From the NCBI GenBank assembly GCA_964291495.2, contig OZ219872.1, forward strand, positions 1-64,000: a stretch of 64,000 bases of DNA. The letters run 5' to 3'. This stretch comes from Dehalococcoidia bacterium (lineage in GTDB: Bacteria > Chloroflexota > Dehalococcoidia > UBA2979). The stretch's first letter is position 1. Each line of letters opens with the position of its first letter. Below the pieces are notes generated by a model. The model had not been told where the DNA came from, ran no database searches, and saw nothing but the letters and a program-made list of their open reading frames with translations. The position numbers were made by a program, and so were the translations under genes. Shown here piece by piece: positions 54,011 to 63,875 of this stretch.

Positions 54011-56053
54011 GTGAGTCCCGAGCAGCGCACGATCCGCCTGCTCGGCGTCGATGTCGGCGGCACGTTCACCGACTTCCTCTACTGGGACGGCGAGGCGCTG
54101 CGCATCGCCAAGCGGCCCTCGACGCCGGACGACCCCTCGCGCGCGGTGCTCGCCGGGATTGCCGAGGCCGAATGGACGCCTCAGGAGGTGGTGCACGGCT
54201 CGACCGTGGCGACCAACACGCTGCTCACGCGCACGGGGGCACGCACCGCGCTGATCACCACCGAGGGCTTCCGCGACACGCTCGTGATCGGCCGCCAGGC
54301 GCGCCCCGACCTCTACGCCCTCCACCCCACCCGCCCACCACCCGTCGTGCCCGGGGAGCTGCGTTTCGAGGTGGCCGAGCGCATCGCCGCCGACGGTGAG
54401 GTCGTCGAGTCCCTCGACGAGGCCGCGGCCGAGCGGGTGCTGCAAGCGATCGCCGACGCCGGCGTCGACGCGATCGCGATCTGCCTGATCTTCTCGTTCG
54501 TGAACCCGGACCACGAGCGCCGCATCGCCGAGCTTGCGGCTGGCCTCGAGGGAACTGCCGGGCTGCACCGCTCCGTATCGCACGAGGTGCTGCCCGAGCA
54601 TCGCGAGTTCGAGCGGATGAGCACGACGGTCGCGAACGCCTACGTTGCCCCGGCGATGACGCGCTACCTGACCGCCCTCGAGGACGGCCTCGCGGGCGCG
54701 GCAGGGGGCGCGGCCCCGCGGCTGCGCATCATGCAGTCGAACGGCGGCAGCATCAGCGCCGCGCAGGCCGGTCACGACGCCGTGCGCACCGTGCTCTCGG
54801 GCCCGGCCGGCGGCGTCGCCGGAGCGTTCGAGGCCGCCCGCGCCTCGGGCATGGAGCACGCGATCACCTTCGACATGGGCGGGACGTCCACCGACGTCAG
54901 CCTCTGCCCCGGCCGCATCCTCGAGCGCGGCGACCACGACGTGGACGGGATGCCAATCCGCACGCCCGCCGTCGACGTGCACACGGTCGGCGCGGGCGGC
55001 GGCTCGATCGCCTGGATCGACGACGGCGGCGCGCTGCGCGTCGGACCGCAGAGCGCGGGGGCGGACCCCGGCCCGGCCGCCTACGGCCGCGGCGAGCTGC
55101 CGGCGGTCACCGACGCGCACGTCGTGCTCGGACGGCTGCGGCCCGATCGCTTCCTCGGCGGCGGCATGGCGCTCCACCCGGACCGCGCAGAGCGTGCGCT
55201 GGCGACGATCGCGCCGGCCTTCGGCGGCGACGTGCGGCGCGCGGCGCGCGCGGTGATCGAGGTCGTCAACGCCAACATGGTCCGCGCGCTGCGCCTGATC
55301 TCGGTCGAGCGCGGCTTCGACCCGGCCGAGTTCGCCCTCGTCGCCTTCGGCGGGGCCGGGCCGCTCCACGCCTGCGAGGTCGCTGCGGAGCTCGGCGTCG
55401 AGACGGTGATCGTGCCGCCGGCGCCGGGCGTGCTCTCCGCCTCCGGCATGCTGCACGCCGACGTCACGAAGGATGTCGCGCGCGGGCTGATGCTGCGCGT
55501 CCCGGCCGACGCCTCCGGCACGCTCGAGGGCCTGCGCGCGGCCTTCGCGGACCTCGATACGCAGGCGCGGGCCGCGCTCGCGGCGGACGGCTACCGGCGC
55601 GGCGTGCGTATCGAGCGCAGCGCCGACCTGCGCTACGCCGGGCAGTCGCACGAGCTGACCGTGCCGCTCGGCCGCTCGCTCGGCGCTGCGGCGCTGCGGC
55701 GCGCCCTCGCCGAGGCGCACGAGGAGCGCTTCGGCCACGCCGACCCCGACCGCGACGTGGAGATCGTCGTCGCGCGCGTGAAGGCGCGCGCCGCGGGCTT
55801 CCGCGCCGAGGCGCAGGCGAGTCCCGAGCACAGCGACGCCCTCGAGGAGACGACGAGCACGGTCGTCTGGGACCGGCCCCGCCGCACGCGCATCGTCGAC
55901 CGTCGCGCCCTCGACGGCACGGGCATCGAGGGACCGGCGATCCTCACCCAGCTCGACACGACGACGCTGGTCCCGCCGGGCTGGCGCGCGCGGCCGGACC
56001 GGGCAGCGTCCGGCAACCTGATCCTGCGGGAGACCGGGGGAGGGCGGCGATGA
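54011..56053 (+). CDS. Hydantoinase A / 5-oxoprolinase subunit (ATP-binding)
   Basis: DVGGTFTD, HGSTVATN, SGPAGG, DMGGTSTD, GAGGGS and FGGAGPLH. Confidence 0.93.
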   Translation: MSPEQRTIRLLGVDVGGTFTDFLYWDGEALRIAKRPSTPDDPSRAVLAGIAEAEWTPQEVVHGSTVATNTLLTRTGARTALITTEGFRDTLVIGRQARPDLYALHPTRPPPVVPGELRFEVAERIAADGEVVESLDEAAAERVLQAIADAGVDAIAICLIFSFVNPDHERRIAELAAGLEGTAGLHRSVSHEVLPEHREFERMSTTVANAYVAPAMTRYLTALEDGLAGAAGGAAPRLRIMQSNGGSISAAQAGHDAVRTVLSGPAGGVAGAFEAARASGMEHAITFDMGGTSTDVSLCPGRILERGDHDVDGMPIRTPAVDVHTVGAGGGSIAWIDDGGALRVGPQSAGADPGPAAYGRGELPAVTDAHVVLGRLRPDRFLGGGMALHPDRAERALATIAPAFGGDVRRAARAVIEVVNANMVRALRLISVERGFDPAEFALVAFGGAGPLHACEVAAELGVETVIVPPAPGVLSASGMLHADVTKDVARGLMLRVPADASGTLEGLRAAFADLDTQARAALAADGYRRGVRIERSADLRYAGQSHELTVPLGRSLGAAALRRALAEAHEERFGHADPDRDVEIVVARVKARAAGFRAEAQASPEHSDALEETTSTVVWDRPRRTRIVDRRALDGTGIEGPAILTQLDTTTLVPPGWRARPDRAASGNLILRETGGGRR

Positions 56054-57642
56054 GCGAGATCGATGCGGCCCGCCTTGCGATCTTCGACTCGCTGGTGTCC
56101 TCGGCCGCCGAGGAGATGGGCGCAACGCTGCGCCACACCGCGCTCTCGCCCAACATCAAGGAGCGCGCGGACTTCTCGTGCGCGGTCTTCGACGCGGACG
56201 GGCAGGCGCTCGCGCAGGCCGCCCACATCCCCGTGCACCTCGGCGCGATGCCCGAATCCGTGCGCGCTGCCGCCTCGCTCGCCCCCTGGGCTGAGGGCGA
56301 CGTCGCGGTCCTCAACGACCCCTACCTCGGCGGGACGCACCTGCCGGACGTGACGATGGTCTCGCCCGTCTTCGCGGAGGGCGGTCAGCGCGGACGGCGT
56401 GCCCGACCGATCGGCTTCGTCGCCAGCCGCGCGCACCAGGCCGACATCGGGGGCAGCGCACCGGGCTCGATGCCGGTCGCGCGCGAGCTGATCCAGGAGG
56501 GGCTCGTGATCCCGCCGGTGCGCATCATGCGCGCCGGCGAGCCCGTCGAGGAGACGCTGGCGCTGGTGCTGCGCAACGTGCGCACGCCCGACGAGCGGCG
56601 TGGCGACTTCGCGGCGCAGATCGCCGCGCAGCGCGTCGGCGGCGAGCGGCTGCGGGCGCTCGCAGCGCGCCTCGGGCTCGCGAGATTCCGGCGGTCGGGC
56701 GCGGCGCTGCTCGACTACGGCGAGCGGCTCGCGCGCGCGACGATCGCGACGCTCCCCAACGGCGTCTACCGCTTCGAGGACGCGATGGACGACGACGGCT
56801 ACGGCGACGGGCCGCTGCCGATCGTCGTCGCGCTCACGATCTCGGACGGCGGGCTGCACCTCGACTTCAGCGGCACCGCGCCGCAGCGGCCCGCCTCGAT
56901 CAACGCCGTCGCCGCCGTCACGCGCTCGGCCTCCTACTACGTGCTGCGCTGTCTGCTGCCGCCGGGCGCGCCGACGAACGCCGGGCTGTTCCGCCCGTTC
57001 AGCTTTACCCTGCCCGAGGGCAGCCTCGTCAACGCGCGACCGCCGGTGGCCGTCAACGCGGGCAACGTCGAGACCTCGCAGCGCATCGTCGACACGGTGT
57101 GGGGGGCGCTCAGCCGGGCGCTGCCGGAGCGCATGCCGGCCGCCTCGAGCGGGACGATGAACAACCTCACCGCAGGCGGCATCGACCCACGCAGCGGCCT
57201 GCCCTGGGCCTACTACGAGACGACCGGCGGCGGGCTCGGCGGCGGGCCCGAGGGCCCCGGCATGGCGGCCACCCACAGCCACATGACGAACACGCTCAAC
57301 ACCCCGGCCGAGGCGCTCGAGCTGGCCTACCCGCTGCGCGTCGTCGAGCAGAGCGTGCGCCGCGGCAGCGGCGGCGCCGGGCGCCACGAGGGCGGCGACG
57401 GCATGATCCGGCGCACCCAGTTCCTCGGCGAGGCGACCGTGACGATCGTCAGCGAGCGCCGCACGACGGAGCCCTGGGGCCTGCAGGGCGGCTCACCGGG
57501 CGTCCCCGGCCGGAACGCCCTCGAGCGCGACGACGAGGAGATCCCGCTGGCGGGCAAGGCGACGTTCGACGCGCAGCCGGGCGACGTCGTGCGCGTCGAG
57601 ACGCCCGGCGGCGGCGGCTGGGGCGAGCCCGCCCCCTCGTAG
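56050..57642 (+). CDS. Hydantoinase B / 5-oxoprolinase subunit
   Basis: SPNIKERADFSCA, HIPVHLG, NDPYLGGTHLPD, HMTNTLNTP.E and TPGGGGWG. Confidence 0.93.
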   Translation: MSEIDAARLAIFDSLVSSAAEEMGATLRHTALSPNIKERADFSCAVFDADGQALAQAAHIPVHLGAMPESVRAAASLAPWAEGDVAVLNDPYLGGTHLPDVTMVSPVFAEGGQRGRRARPIGFVASRAHQADIGGSAPGSMPVARELIQEGLVIPPVRIMRAGEPVEETLALVLRNVRTPDERRGDFAAQIAAQRVGGERLRALAARLGLARFRRSGAALLDYGERLARATIATLPNGVYRFEDAMDDDGYGDGPLPIVVALTISDGGLHLDFSGTAPQRPASINAVAAVTRSASYYVLRCLLPPGAPTNAGLFRPFSFTLPEGSLVNARPPVAVNAGNVETSQRIVDTVWGALSRALPERMPAASSGTMNNLTAGGIDPRSGLPWAYYETTGGGLGGGPEGPGMAATHSHMTNTLNTPAEALELAYPLRVVEQSVRRGSGGAGRHEGGDGMIRRTQFLGEATVTIVSERRTTEPWGLQGGSPGVPGRNALERDDEEIPLAGKATFDAQPGDVVRVETPGGGGWGEPAPS

Positions 57643-57705
57643 TCTCGCAATCCTCGCGCGCATCGCGTCCAGCCCGCCGGTGCCCTCGGACGTCTGTTGC
57701 GCCGA

Positions 57706-57857
57706 TCCGGTCCCCTCTCCCCTCGAGGGAGAGGGCGGAGGGGGAGGGGGAGGCGGGCGCAGCCCGCCCCCGAGGGCGCAAGCACCTCCCGAGGTGACAG
57801 TCAGGCCGGCGAGCCCCCTCACCCTAACCCTCTCCCGCCGGGGGAGAGGGGACCGGA
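57706..57857. repeat. 152-bp composite palindromic element (two inverted BoxC-like units)
   Basis: Perfect 16-bp terminal inverted repeat tccggtcccctctccc / gggagaggggaccgga; internal CCCTCACCCTAACCCTCTCCC...GGGAGAGGG hairpin motif. Confidence 0.8.
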
Positions 57858-57889
57858 GAGGGTCGCTCGCTGCCCGTCCGCCCGCCGCG

Positions 57890-59521
57890 CTAGAAGCGCG
57901 AGTAGGTGTAGCTCTGCTGCGTGATGAACTCGAGCAGCGCCGGGCTCCCCGCCTCGGTCGCCGCGATGCCGCGCTTGATCGCCGGGATGATGTCGGCCGG
58001 CTGCTCGACGCGCTCACCGTAGCCGCCGAGGGCGGTCGCGAAGTCCGCGTAGTGCCCGGAGATGTCGGTCGAGTTGTACTTCTCCTGCGAGACCGGCATG
58101 ACCGGGATCTCGATCGCCATCGAGAAGTTGTTGAACAGCACCGAGAGGATCGGGATGCGCTCGCGCACGGCGGTCTCGAAGTCCATGCCCGTCATGCCGA
58201 TCGCGGCGTCGCCCCAGACGTTGATGCAGAGCTTCTCCGGCCTCGCGATCTTCGCGCCCATCGCCAGCCCGAGGCCGTAGCCGAGCTGCGTCGTCTTGCC
58301 CCAGCCGATGTAGCTGAGCGGCTCGGTCGAACGCCAGAACGGCGAGATCTGGTCACGAGGGCTGCCCGCGTCGTGCGTGATGATCGTGTTCGCCACGTCG
58401 ACCGTTGCGAGCAGGTCGCGGATCACCCGATACGGCGAGAGCGGGACGCTCTCGTCGTCGAGGAACGGCTGCCACTGCTGCATCCACGCGGCGTGGTGCT
58501 GCTGGATCTCCGCCGCCACGGCGTCGGCGCGCCCGCGTCCGCCGCTGCCGACCCGCTCGCGGACGGCCTCGATGACGGCCTGCAGCGTCAGCTTCGCGTC
58601 GCCGACGAGGGCGTGCTGCACCTCCACGGTGTTGTTGAGGTCGGCCGGGTCGAGTGTGGCGTGGATGACGGTGCGGCCCGTGGGGAACTGGATGCCGTAG
58701 TTGGTCGCCGCGAAGGAGCAGCCGATGCCGAAGATCACGTCGGCCTGCTGCAGGAAGTGGTGCAGTTCGCCCGTGAGGGAGCGCCCGCCGGAGCCGAGCG
58801 AGAGCCGGTGATCCTCGGGGAAGGCGCTCTTGCCCTGGAGGCTCGTGGTGACGGGCGCCTCGAGCAGCTCCGCCAGCTCGCGCAGCTCGTCCCACGCCTC
58901 GGCGTAGTGGACGCCCTGCCCGGCGTAGATCAGCGGGCGGTCCGCGTCGACGAGGACCTGCGCCGCCTCGTCGACGGCCTGTGGGTCGGGCGCGGAGCGC
59001 GCGGTGACGACGGGCCGGTAGTCGAGCTCGCCGATCTCCTCGCCGAAGACGTCGCTCGGAATCTCGACGATCGCCGGCCTCGGGCGGCCGTTGCGTGCGG
59101 CGTTGAACGCGCGCCGCAGCGCGGGGACGACCGCGCCCGGCACCGTCACCTGCTCGACGGACTTGCCGACGTGCTGGAAGTTCACGAGGGCGCTGAAGTG
59201 CGGAGGCACGTTCGTCACGCCTCGCGGGTAGCCGGCGGGCAGCACGACGATCGGCGCGGAGTCGCCGAAGGCCTGCGCGACGCCGCCGAAGGAGTTCTCG
59301 GTGCCCGGCCCGGCCTGCGAGGCGAAGACGCCGATCCTGTTGCCAGAGTTGATGCGGCTGTAGCCGTCCGCCATGTGAATGCCGGTCCGCTCCTGGCGCA
59401 CGATGATCGTGCGGATGTCCGCCCGCGCCGCCGCCTCGATGAGCGGGTTCACCGGGTAGGCGGTGATGAACTCCACCCCCTCGCGCTTGAGGATTTCCGC
59501 GATCGCGTCGTCGACCTTCAT
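57890..59521 (-). CDS. Thiamine-pyrophosphate-requiring enzyme (acetolactate synthase-like family)
   Basis: RQERTG.HMADG, QAGPG.EN, HDAGSPRDQ, GKTTQLGYGLG and GDAAIGM...NN TPP motif. Confidence 0.92.
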   Translation of the reverse strand: MKVDDAIAEILKREGVEFITAYPVNPLIEAAARADIRTIIVRQERTGIHMADGYSRINSGNRIGVFASQAGPGTENSFGGVAQAFGDSAPIVVLPAGYPRGVTNVPPHFSALVNFQHVGKSVEQVTVPGAVVPALRRAFNAARNGRPRPAIVEIPSDVFGEEIGELDYRPVVTARSAPDPQAVDEAAQVLVDADRPLIYAGQGVHYAEAWDELRELAELLEAPVTTSLQGKSAFPEDHRLSLGSGGRSLTGELHHFLQQADVIFGIGCSFAATNYGIQFPTGRTVIHATLDPADLNNTVEVQHALVGDAKLTLQAVIEAVRERVGSGGRGRADAVAAEIQQHHAAWMQQWQPFLDDESVPLSPYRVIRDLLATVDVANTIITHDAGSPRDQISPFWRSTEPLSYIGWGKTTQLGYGLGLAMGAKIARPEKLCINVWGDAAIGMTGMDFETAVRERIPILSVLFNNFSMAIEIPVMPVSQEKYNSTDISGHYADFATALGGYGERVEQPADIIPAIKRGIAATEAGSPALLEFITQQSYTYSRF

Positions 59522-59637
59522 CGAAGCTCCGTTTCCCTCGGCTGCAACGTCCGGCCACGTCGCCGTGCGCGCAACGCCTGCTAGCATACGGCCACGAGCC
59601 CGATAGTCCGTGCGGATCGTGAGAGGGAGCAGGCGCA

Positions 59638-60267
59638 TTGAGTGAGCAGCTGGGCATCTTCGACGTGATCTATCACTGCCGCTCGATGCGTCGCCTCAAG
59701 CCTGACCCCGTCCCCGAGGAGCTGCTGCTGCGCATCTGCGAGGCCGGCAACCAGGCCCCCACCGGCTCCAACATGCAGGGCGTGCGCTGGATCATCGTGC
59801 GCGACCCCGAGCAGCGCGCCCGCCTCGCCGCGCTGAACAAGACGAGCGTCCTCAACTACGTCGACACCCGGCGTGTCGACGTGCCTCACCACGACCCGGC
59901 GAAGCGGCAGCGGATGCTCGACGCGGTGCTCTGGCAGGCGGAGCACATGGGCGAAGTGCCCGCGCTGATCCTCGCCTGCCACCAGTGGCTGGAAGCGCCC
60001 GCCGACGACGCCGCACGCGCCGGAGCGGGCGGCTCGGTCTGGCCGGCGGTGCAGAACGCGCTGCTCGCCGCGCGCGCGCTCGGCCTCGGCGCGACGGCGA
60101 CGACGCTCGGACTGGTCGACAAGCCCGCGGTGCGCGAGGTGCTCGGCGTGCCGGACACCGTCGAGCCGTACGTGCTGATCCCGGTCGGCTACCCGATGGG
60201 CAACTTCGGCCCCGTCACGCGCCTCCCGGTCGCCGACACCGTGCGCTACGACAGGTGGGAGCGATGA
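59638..60267 (+). CDS. Nitroreductase family protein
   Basis: RSMRRLKPDPVP, APTGSNMQ, SVWPAVQN.LLAARALGLG and PVGYP. Confidence 0.9.
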   Translation: MSEQLGIFDVIYHCRSMRRLKPDPVPEELLLRICEAGNQAPTGSNMQGVRWIIVRDPEQRARLAALNKTSVLNYVDTRRVDVPHHDPAKRQRMLDAVLWQAEHMGEVPALILACHQWLEAPADDAARAGAGGSVWPAVQNALLAARALGLGATATTLGLVDKPAVREVLGVPDTVEPYVLIPVGYPMGNFGPVTRLPVADTVRYDRWER

Positions 60268-61031
60268 GCCAAGGCACACTCGAGGGCAAGGCGGCGCTGA
60301 TCACCGGCGCGGCCTCGGGCATCGGCCGCGCGACGGCGCTGCGCTTCGCCGCCGAGGGCGCGGCCGTGGCCTGCGCCGACCTCGACGGCGACGGCGTGGA
60401 GGACACCGCCGCGCGCATCGCCGAGTCCGGCGGCGCGAGCCTCGCAATCCAGCTCGACGTGACGGCCGAGCAGGAGGTGCAGGACGCGCTCGCGCGCTCG
60501 GTCGCCGAGTTCGGGACGCTCGACGTGCTGTTCAACAACGCCGGCGTCGGCGGGGGCGGCGACTGGGAGGCGACGCTCGGCGTCAACCTCAGCGGCGTCT
60601 ACTACGGGCTGCTGCACGGCGCGCGGCTGCTGGCCGAGCGCGGCGGCGGCTCGATCATCAACACCGCCTCGATCCTCGGACTTGTCGCCTCCGTGCCGCG
60701 CGAGGACCAGGATGTCGAGGGCCCGCCCGCCGCCGGCGCCTACGTCGCCAGCAAGCACGGCGTGGTCGGCCTCACCCGCAGTTTCGCGGTCCGCTACGGC
60801 CGGCTCGGCGTGCGCGTCAACGCGATCTGTCCCGGCTACATCGAGACGCCAATGACCGCCTCGATCCGCGAGACGCCCGAGGATGTCGCGCGCCTCGTCG
60901 GGCTGCATCCGATCGGCCGCCTCGGGAAGCCCGAGGAGATCGCCGCCGCCGCCACCTTCCTCGCGAGCGACGAGTCCTCGTTCCTCACGGGCGTGGCGCT
61001 GCCGGTGGACGGCGGCTACACCGCCCGCTGA
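60264..61031 (+). CDS. SDR family oxidoreductase
   Basis: TGAASGIG, NNAG, YVASK, NAICPG and VDGG. Confidence 0.93.
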   Translation: MSQGTLEGKAALITGAASGIGRATALRFAAEGAAVACADLDGDGVEDTAARIAESGGASLAIQLDVTAEQEVQDALARSVAEFGTLDVLFNNAGVGGGGDWEATLGVNLSGVYYGLLHGARLLAERGGGSIINTASILGLVASVPREDQDVEGPPAAGAYVASKHGVVGLTRSFAVRYGRLGVRVNAICPGYIETPMTASIRETPEDVARLVGLHPIGRLGKPEEIAAAATFLASDESSFLTGVALPVDGGYTAR

Positions 61032-61063
61032 GCGGGCCGGTCCCACAGCTGGTATCGAGCACG

Positions 61064-61151
61064 AGGCGCGGCTGCCACACAGTGCAGAGGTGCGCCAGGC
61101 GTGGCTGTCGCACGGTGCAGAGGTGCGCCAGGCGTAGCTGTCGCATAATGC
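61064..61151 (+). repeat. 33-bp intergenic tandem repeat, ~2.7 copies
   Basis: aggcgcggctgccacacagtgcagaggtgcgcc / aggcgtggctgtcgcacggtgcagaggtgcgcc / aggcgtagctgtcgcataatgc. Confidence 0.85.
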
Positions 61152-61173
61152 GCGCGAGCGAGAGGGGGCCGCG

Positions 61174-62454
61174 ATGAGCGGCGGCGCGCTCGACGGCATC
61201 CGCGTGCTCGAGTTCTCGCAGATCATCGCGGGGCCGGTGGTCGGCATCAGCCTCTCCGACCTTGGCGCGGACGTGGTCAAGGTCGAGCAGCCGGGCGGCG
61301 AGCCGCTGCGCGCCTCGGGCTCCGTCGTGCCGGGCGAGAGCAAGGCGTTCCAGAGCTACAACCGCGGCAAGCGCGGCATCGTGCTCAACCTGCACGACCC
61401 TCGAGGGCTCCAGACGGCCTACCGCCTGATCCCGCACATGGACGTGGTCGTCACGAACTACCGCCCCGGCGTCGTGCAGCGACTCGGCATCGACTACGGA
61501 ACGCTGCGCGAGCTGCGCGAGGACCTGATCTACCTCGAGGCGACGGGCTTCGGCACGACGGGCCCCGAGGCCCACCAGGGCGGCAACGACGGCGTGATCC
61601 GTGCCTACTCCGGCATCTCGGGCGGAGACGGCCAGGCGGACGAGCACGGCGCGCCGATCATCATCGGGGCCTCGCCGATCGCCGACTACTCGACGGCGAT
61701 CGCGGGCGCGATGGGCGTCTGCGCCGCGCTGTTCCACCGCGAGCGCACGGGCCAGGGCCAGTACATCGGCGCCTCGCTGCTGCGCTCCTCGATCTTCATC
61801 CAGGGCTACACGGTGATGCGCGAGCCGGTGACCGACGCCAGCGTGGCCGACGTGATCCGCGCCAACATCGTGGAGGCGCGCTCGCGGGGCGCGCCCTGGA
61901 CCGAGGTGGTCGAGCTGCGCAAGGACCACTTCCGGCTGCGCGCCTCCGGGCGCATCTACTATGGCGCCTACAACGCCAAGGACGGCCCGCTCGTCCTCGG
62001 CGCGCTCACCCGGCAGACGCGCAACATCGTGCGCGAGCTGTTCGGCATGCACGACGAGCGCTCCGACTCGCCCGACTTCGACGCCGCCGACCCCAACAAC
62101 TGGGAGCTGGTCGAGGAGTGGCAGCAGTTCATGCGCGAGAAGCTCGCGGAGAAGACCGTGGCCGAGTGGATCGAGATCTTCGACGAGGCGGGCGTGCCGA
62201 CCTCGCCGTTCTACCTGCCCGAGGAGGTCGCCGACATCCCGCACGCGCGCGAGACGGGGATGATCGTGGAGCTGGAGCACCCGATCACCGGCCCCCAGCT
62301 CCACGCCGGGCCGCTGATCGAGATGTCGGAGACGCCCCCAACCCCCGCCCGCTCCTCGCCCGCGACGGGCGAGCACACGGCCGAGGTGCTGCTCGAGTGC
62401 GGCTTCAGCACCGACGAGGTCGCCGAGCTCTTCGCGGACGGCGTCGTCGAGTAG
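61174..62454 (+). CDS. CaiB/BaiF family III CoA-transferase
   Basis: LDGIRVLE...IAGP, DLGADVVKVE, NRGKR, NYRPG, D......G and GEHTAEVL. Confidence 0.92.
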   Translation: MSGGALDGIRVLEFSQIIAGPVVGISLSDLGADVVKVEQPGGEPLRASGSVVPGESKAFQSYNRGKRGIVLNLHDPRGLQTAYRLIPHMDVVVTNYRPGVVQRLGIDYGTLRELREDLIYLEATGFGTTGPEAHQGGNDGVIRAYSGISGGDGQADEHGAPIIIGASPIADYSTAIAGAMGVCAALFHRERTGQGQYIGASLLRSSIFIQGYTVMREPVTDASVADVIRANIVEARSRGAPWTEVVELRKDHFRLRASGRIYYGAYNAKDGPLVLGALTRQTRNIVRELFGMHDERSDSPDFDAADPNNWELVEEWQQFMREKLAEKTVAEWIEIFDEAGVPTSPFYLPEEVADIPHARETGMIVELEHPITGPQLHAGPLIEMSETPPTPARSSPATGEHTAEVLLECGFSTDEVAELFADGVVE

Positions 62455-62479
62455 TCCTGCGTCCACGGTCCGGCATTCC

Positions 62480-62790
62480 GCTCAACTCAGCGCGAGGAAG
62501 GCGCCTTGTCATCACGGTCGAAGGGCGATGTCTGCGCCGATCTCGCAGGATCGACTCGACCTCCGCTGTCGAGCAATTCCCGCGCCGGATCCAGATGACC
62601 TTCGGCGGGTGTCCGAGAATGAAGCTCAATTGCCGGAAGTCGGAGTCCTTCGAGACCACTGCATATCCGTTGTCCCTGGCGTACGTCCAGACCTCGAGGT
62701 CGTCAGCGGACTCAAGCCCGACATCCTTGACGTGCCAGATTCCGGATCGACCACGGAGTGTCTCAGAGCGGATTTGGCCGCCAGCCCATG
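62480..62790 (-). pseudogene. DUF5615 PIN-like toxin with degenerate N-terminus
   Basis: HVKDVGLESADDLEVWTYARDNGYAVVSKDSDF.....GHPPKVIWIR.GNCST; start region is scrambled and the bounds are approximate. Confidence 0.7.
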
Positions 62791-62984
62791 CCGGCTCCCC
62801 TCGCAACCCCGGTGCCGAACGAGGGCACCGGATGTCCTCGCGCTCCGAAGCTCGCCGATCCTCGTCCCCGCACACTCCGGCGAGGTCACCCCCCGCGTAC
62901 ACTAATCCCCAGGGCGGATGCGGACGGCTTGCCGCCACGCTTCCCCGGCTCGACGGTGATGATCTCCGAGTAGTCGTGCGACAT
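62790..62984 (-). pseudogene. DUF433 antitoxin, degenerate
   Basis: AGGAGG ribosome-binding site, then MSHDYSEIITVEPGKRGGKP; later ELxEREDIR-like remnants in shifting frames. Confidence 0.65.
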
Positions 62985-63056
62985 GGTCTGAGCCTCCTAC
63001 GGCCGCAACCATGGTACCGCGCCACTAGTGGCACGGTCAGAAGGGCTGCGTTCCGC

Positions 63057-63852
63057 TTAAGGCGAATCGTCGCCGGGCAGGCGCTGCTCCTCGATGCCCG
63101 GCATCACCCACTGGCCGCGGCGCGGGGCGTACTCGTCGAAGGTCTGGCCGGGGCGGCCGGGCCCCGCGTTGAGGATCGTGATGCGCTCCTCGCTCGGCGT
63201 ACTGCACCTCGCCGCCGCGAAGCCGGAAGGGACGGTCGTGGCCGGGGTAGACGAGCGCGCCGTCGCGCTCGCTCGCCTCGGCGACGCGACGCACCGAGGC
63301 GTCCGCCTGCGCGGCGTTCCAGAAGACGAGCGGGTTCTGCCCGGCCACGGCGACGCCCGCGTGGTGCACCGCGTCGCCGGTGATCAGGCAGAGGCCGTCG
63401 TCTGTCTCCACCTCGAGCCCGATGCTGCCCGGCGAGTGCCCCGGCAACTCGATGACGCGACACCCCGGCATCAGCTCGGAGCCCTCGGCCACCTCCTCGA
63501 TGTGCATCAGGTCGAGGATCGCGCCCGTCCAGGGCGGCGTCGCCCAGTCGTTGCGGTGCGGCTGGTGCGCGTAGGCCACCTCCGAGGGGTGGGCGAGCAG
63601 GGGCGCATGATCGAAGAGGTCGGCGTTCTGGACGTGGTCCCAGTGCGCGTGGCTCATCACCTGCGCGTCGATGTCGCGCGTCGTCAGGCCGCGCTCGGCG
63701 AGTTGCTCCTCGAGGTAGACACGCCGCCCGACGTGCGCCGAGTCGAAGAGGATGCGCCGCTCGCCCTCGATCAGGACGACGGCGCAGAAGCCGACGACGC
63801 CGATGTCGGTGCTGAGGCCGGAGCCGTGCATCACGACGTCGATCGAGGGCAT
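63057..63852 (-). CDS. Metallo-beta-lactamase-fold hydrolase (AHL-lactonase-like), indel near 63190
   Basis: SHAHWDHV (HxHxDH), PGHSPG, TGDA and YPGHD; the C-terminus continues in another frame (...WVMPGIEEQRLPGDDSP*). Confidence 0.85.
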
Positions 63853-63875
63853 CACGCCTCCTGGCGCTCGGGCGG

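Noticed and set aside
61064-61151. Mini CRISPR array
   Set aside because: The repeats are contiguous with no unique spacers, and no cas genes are present.
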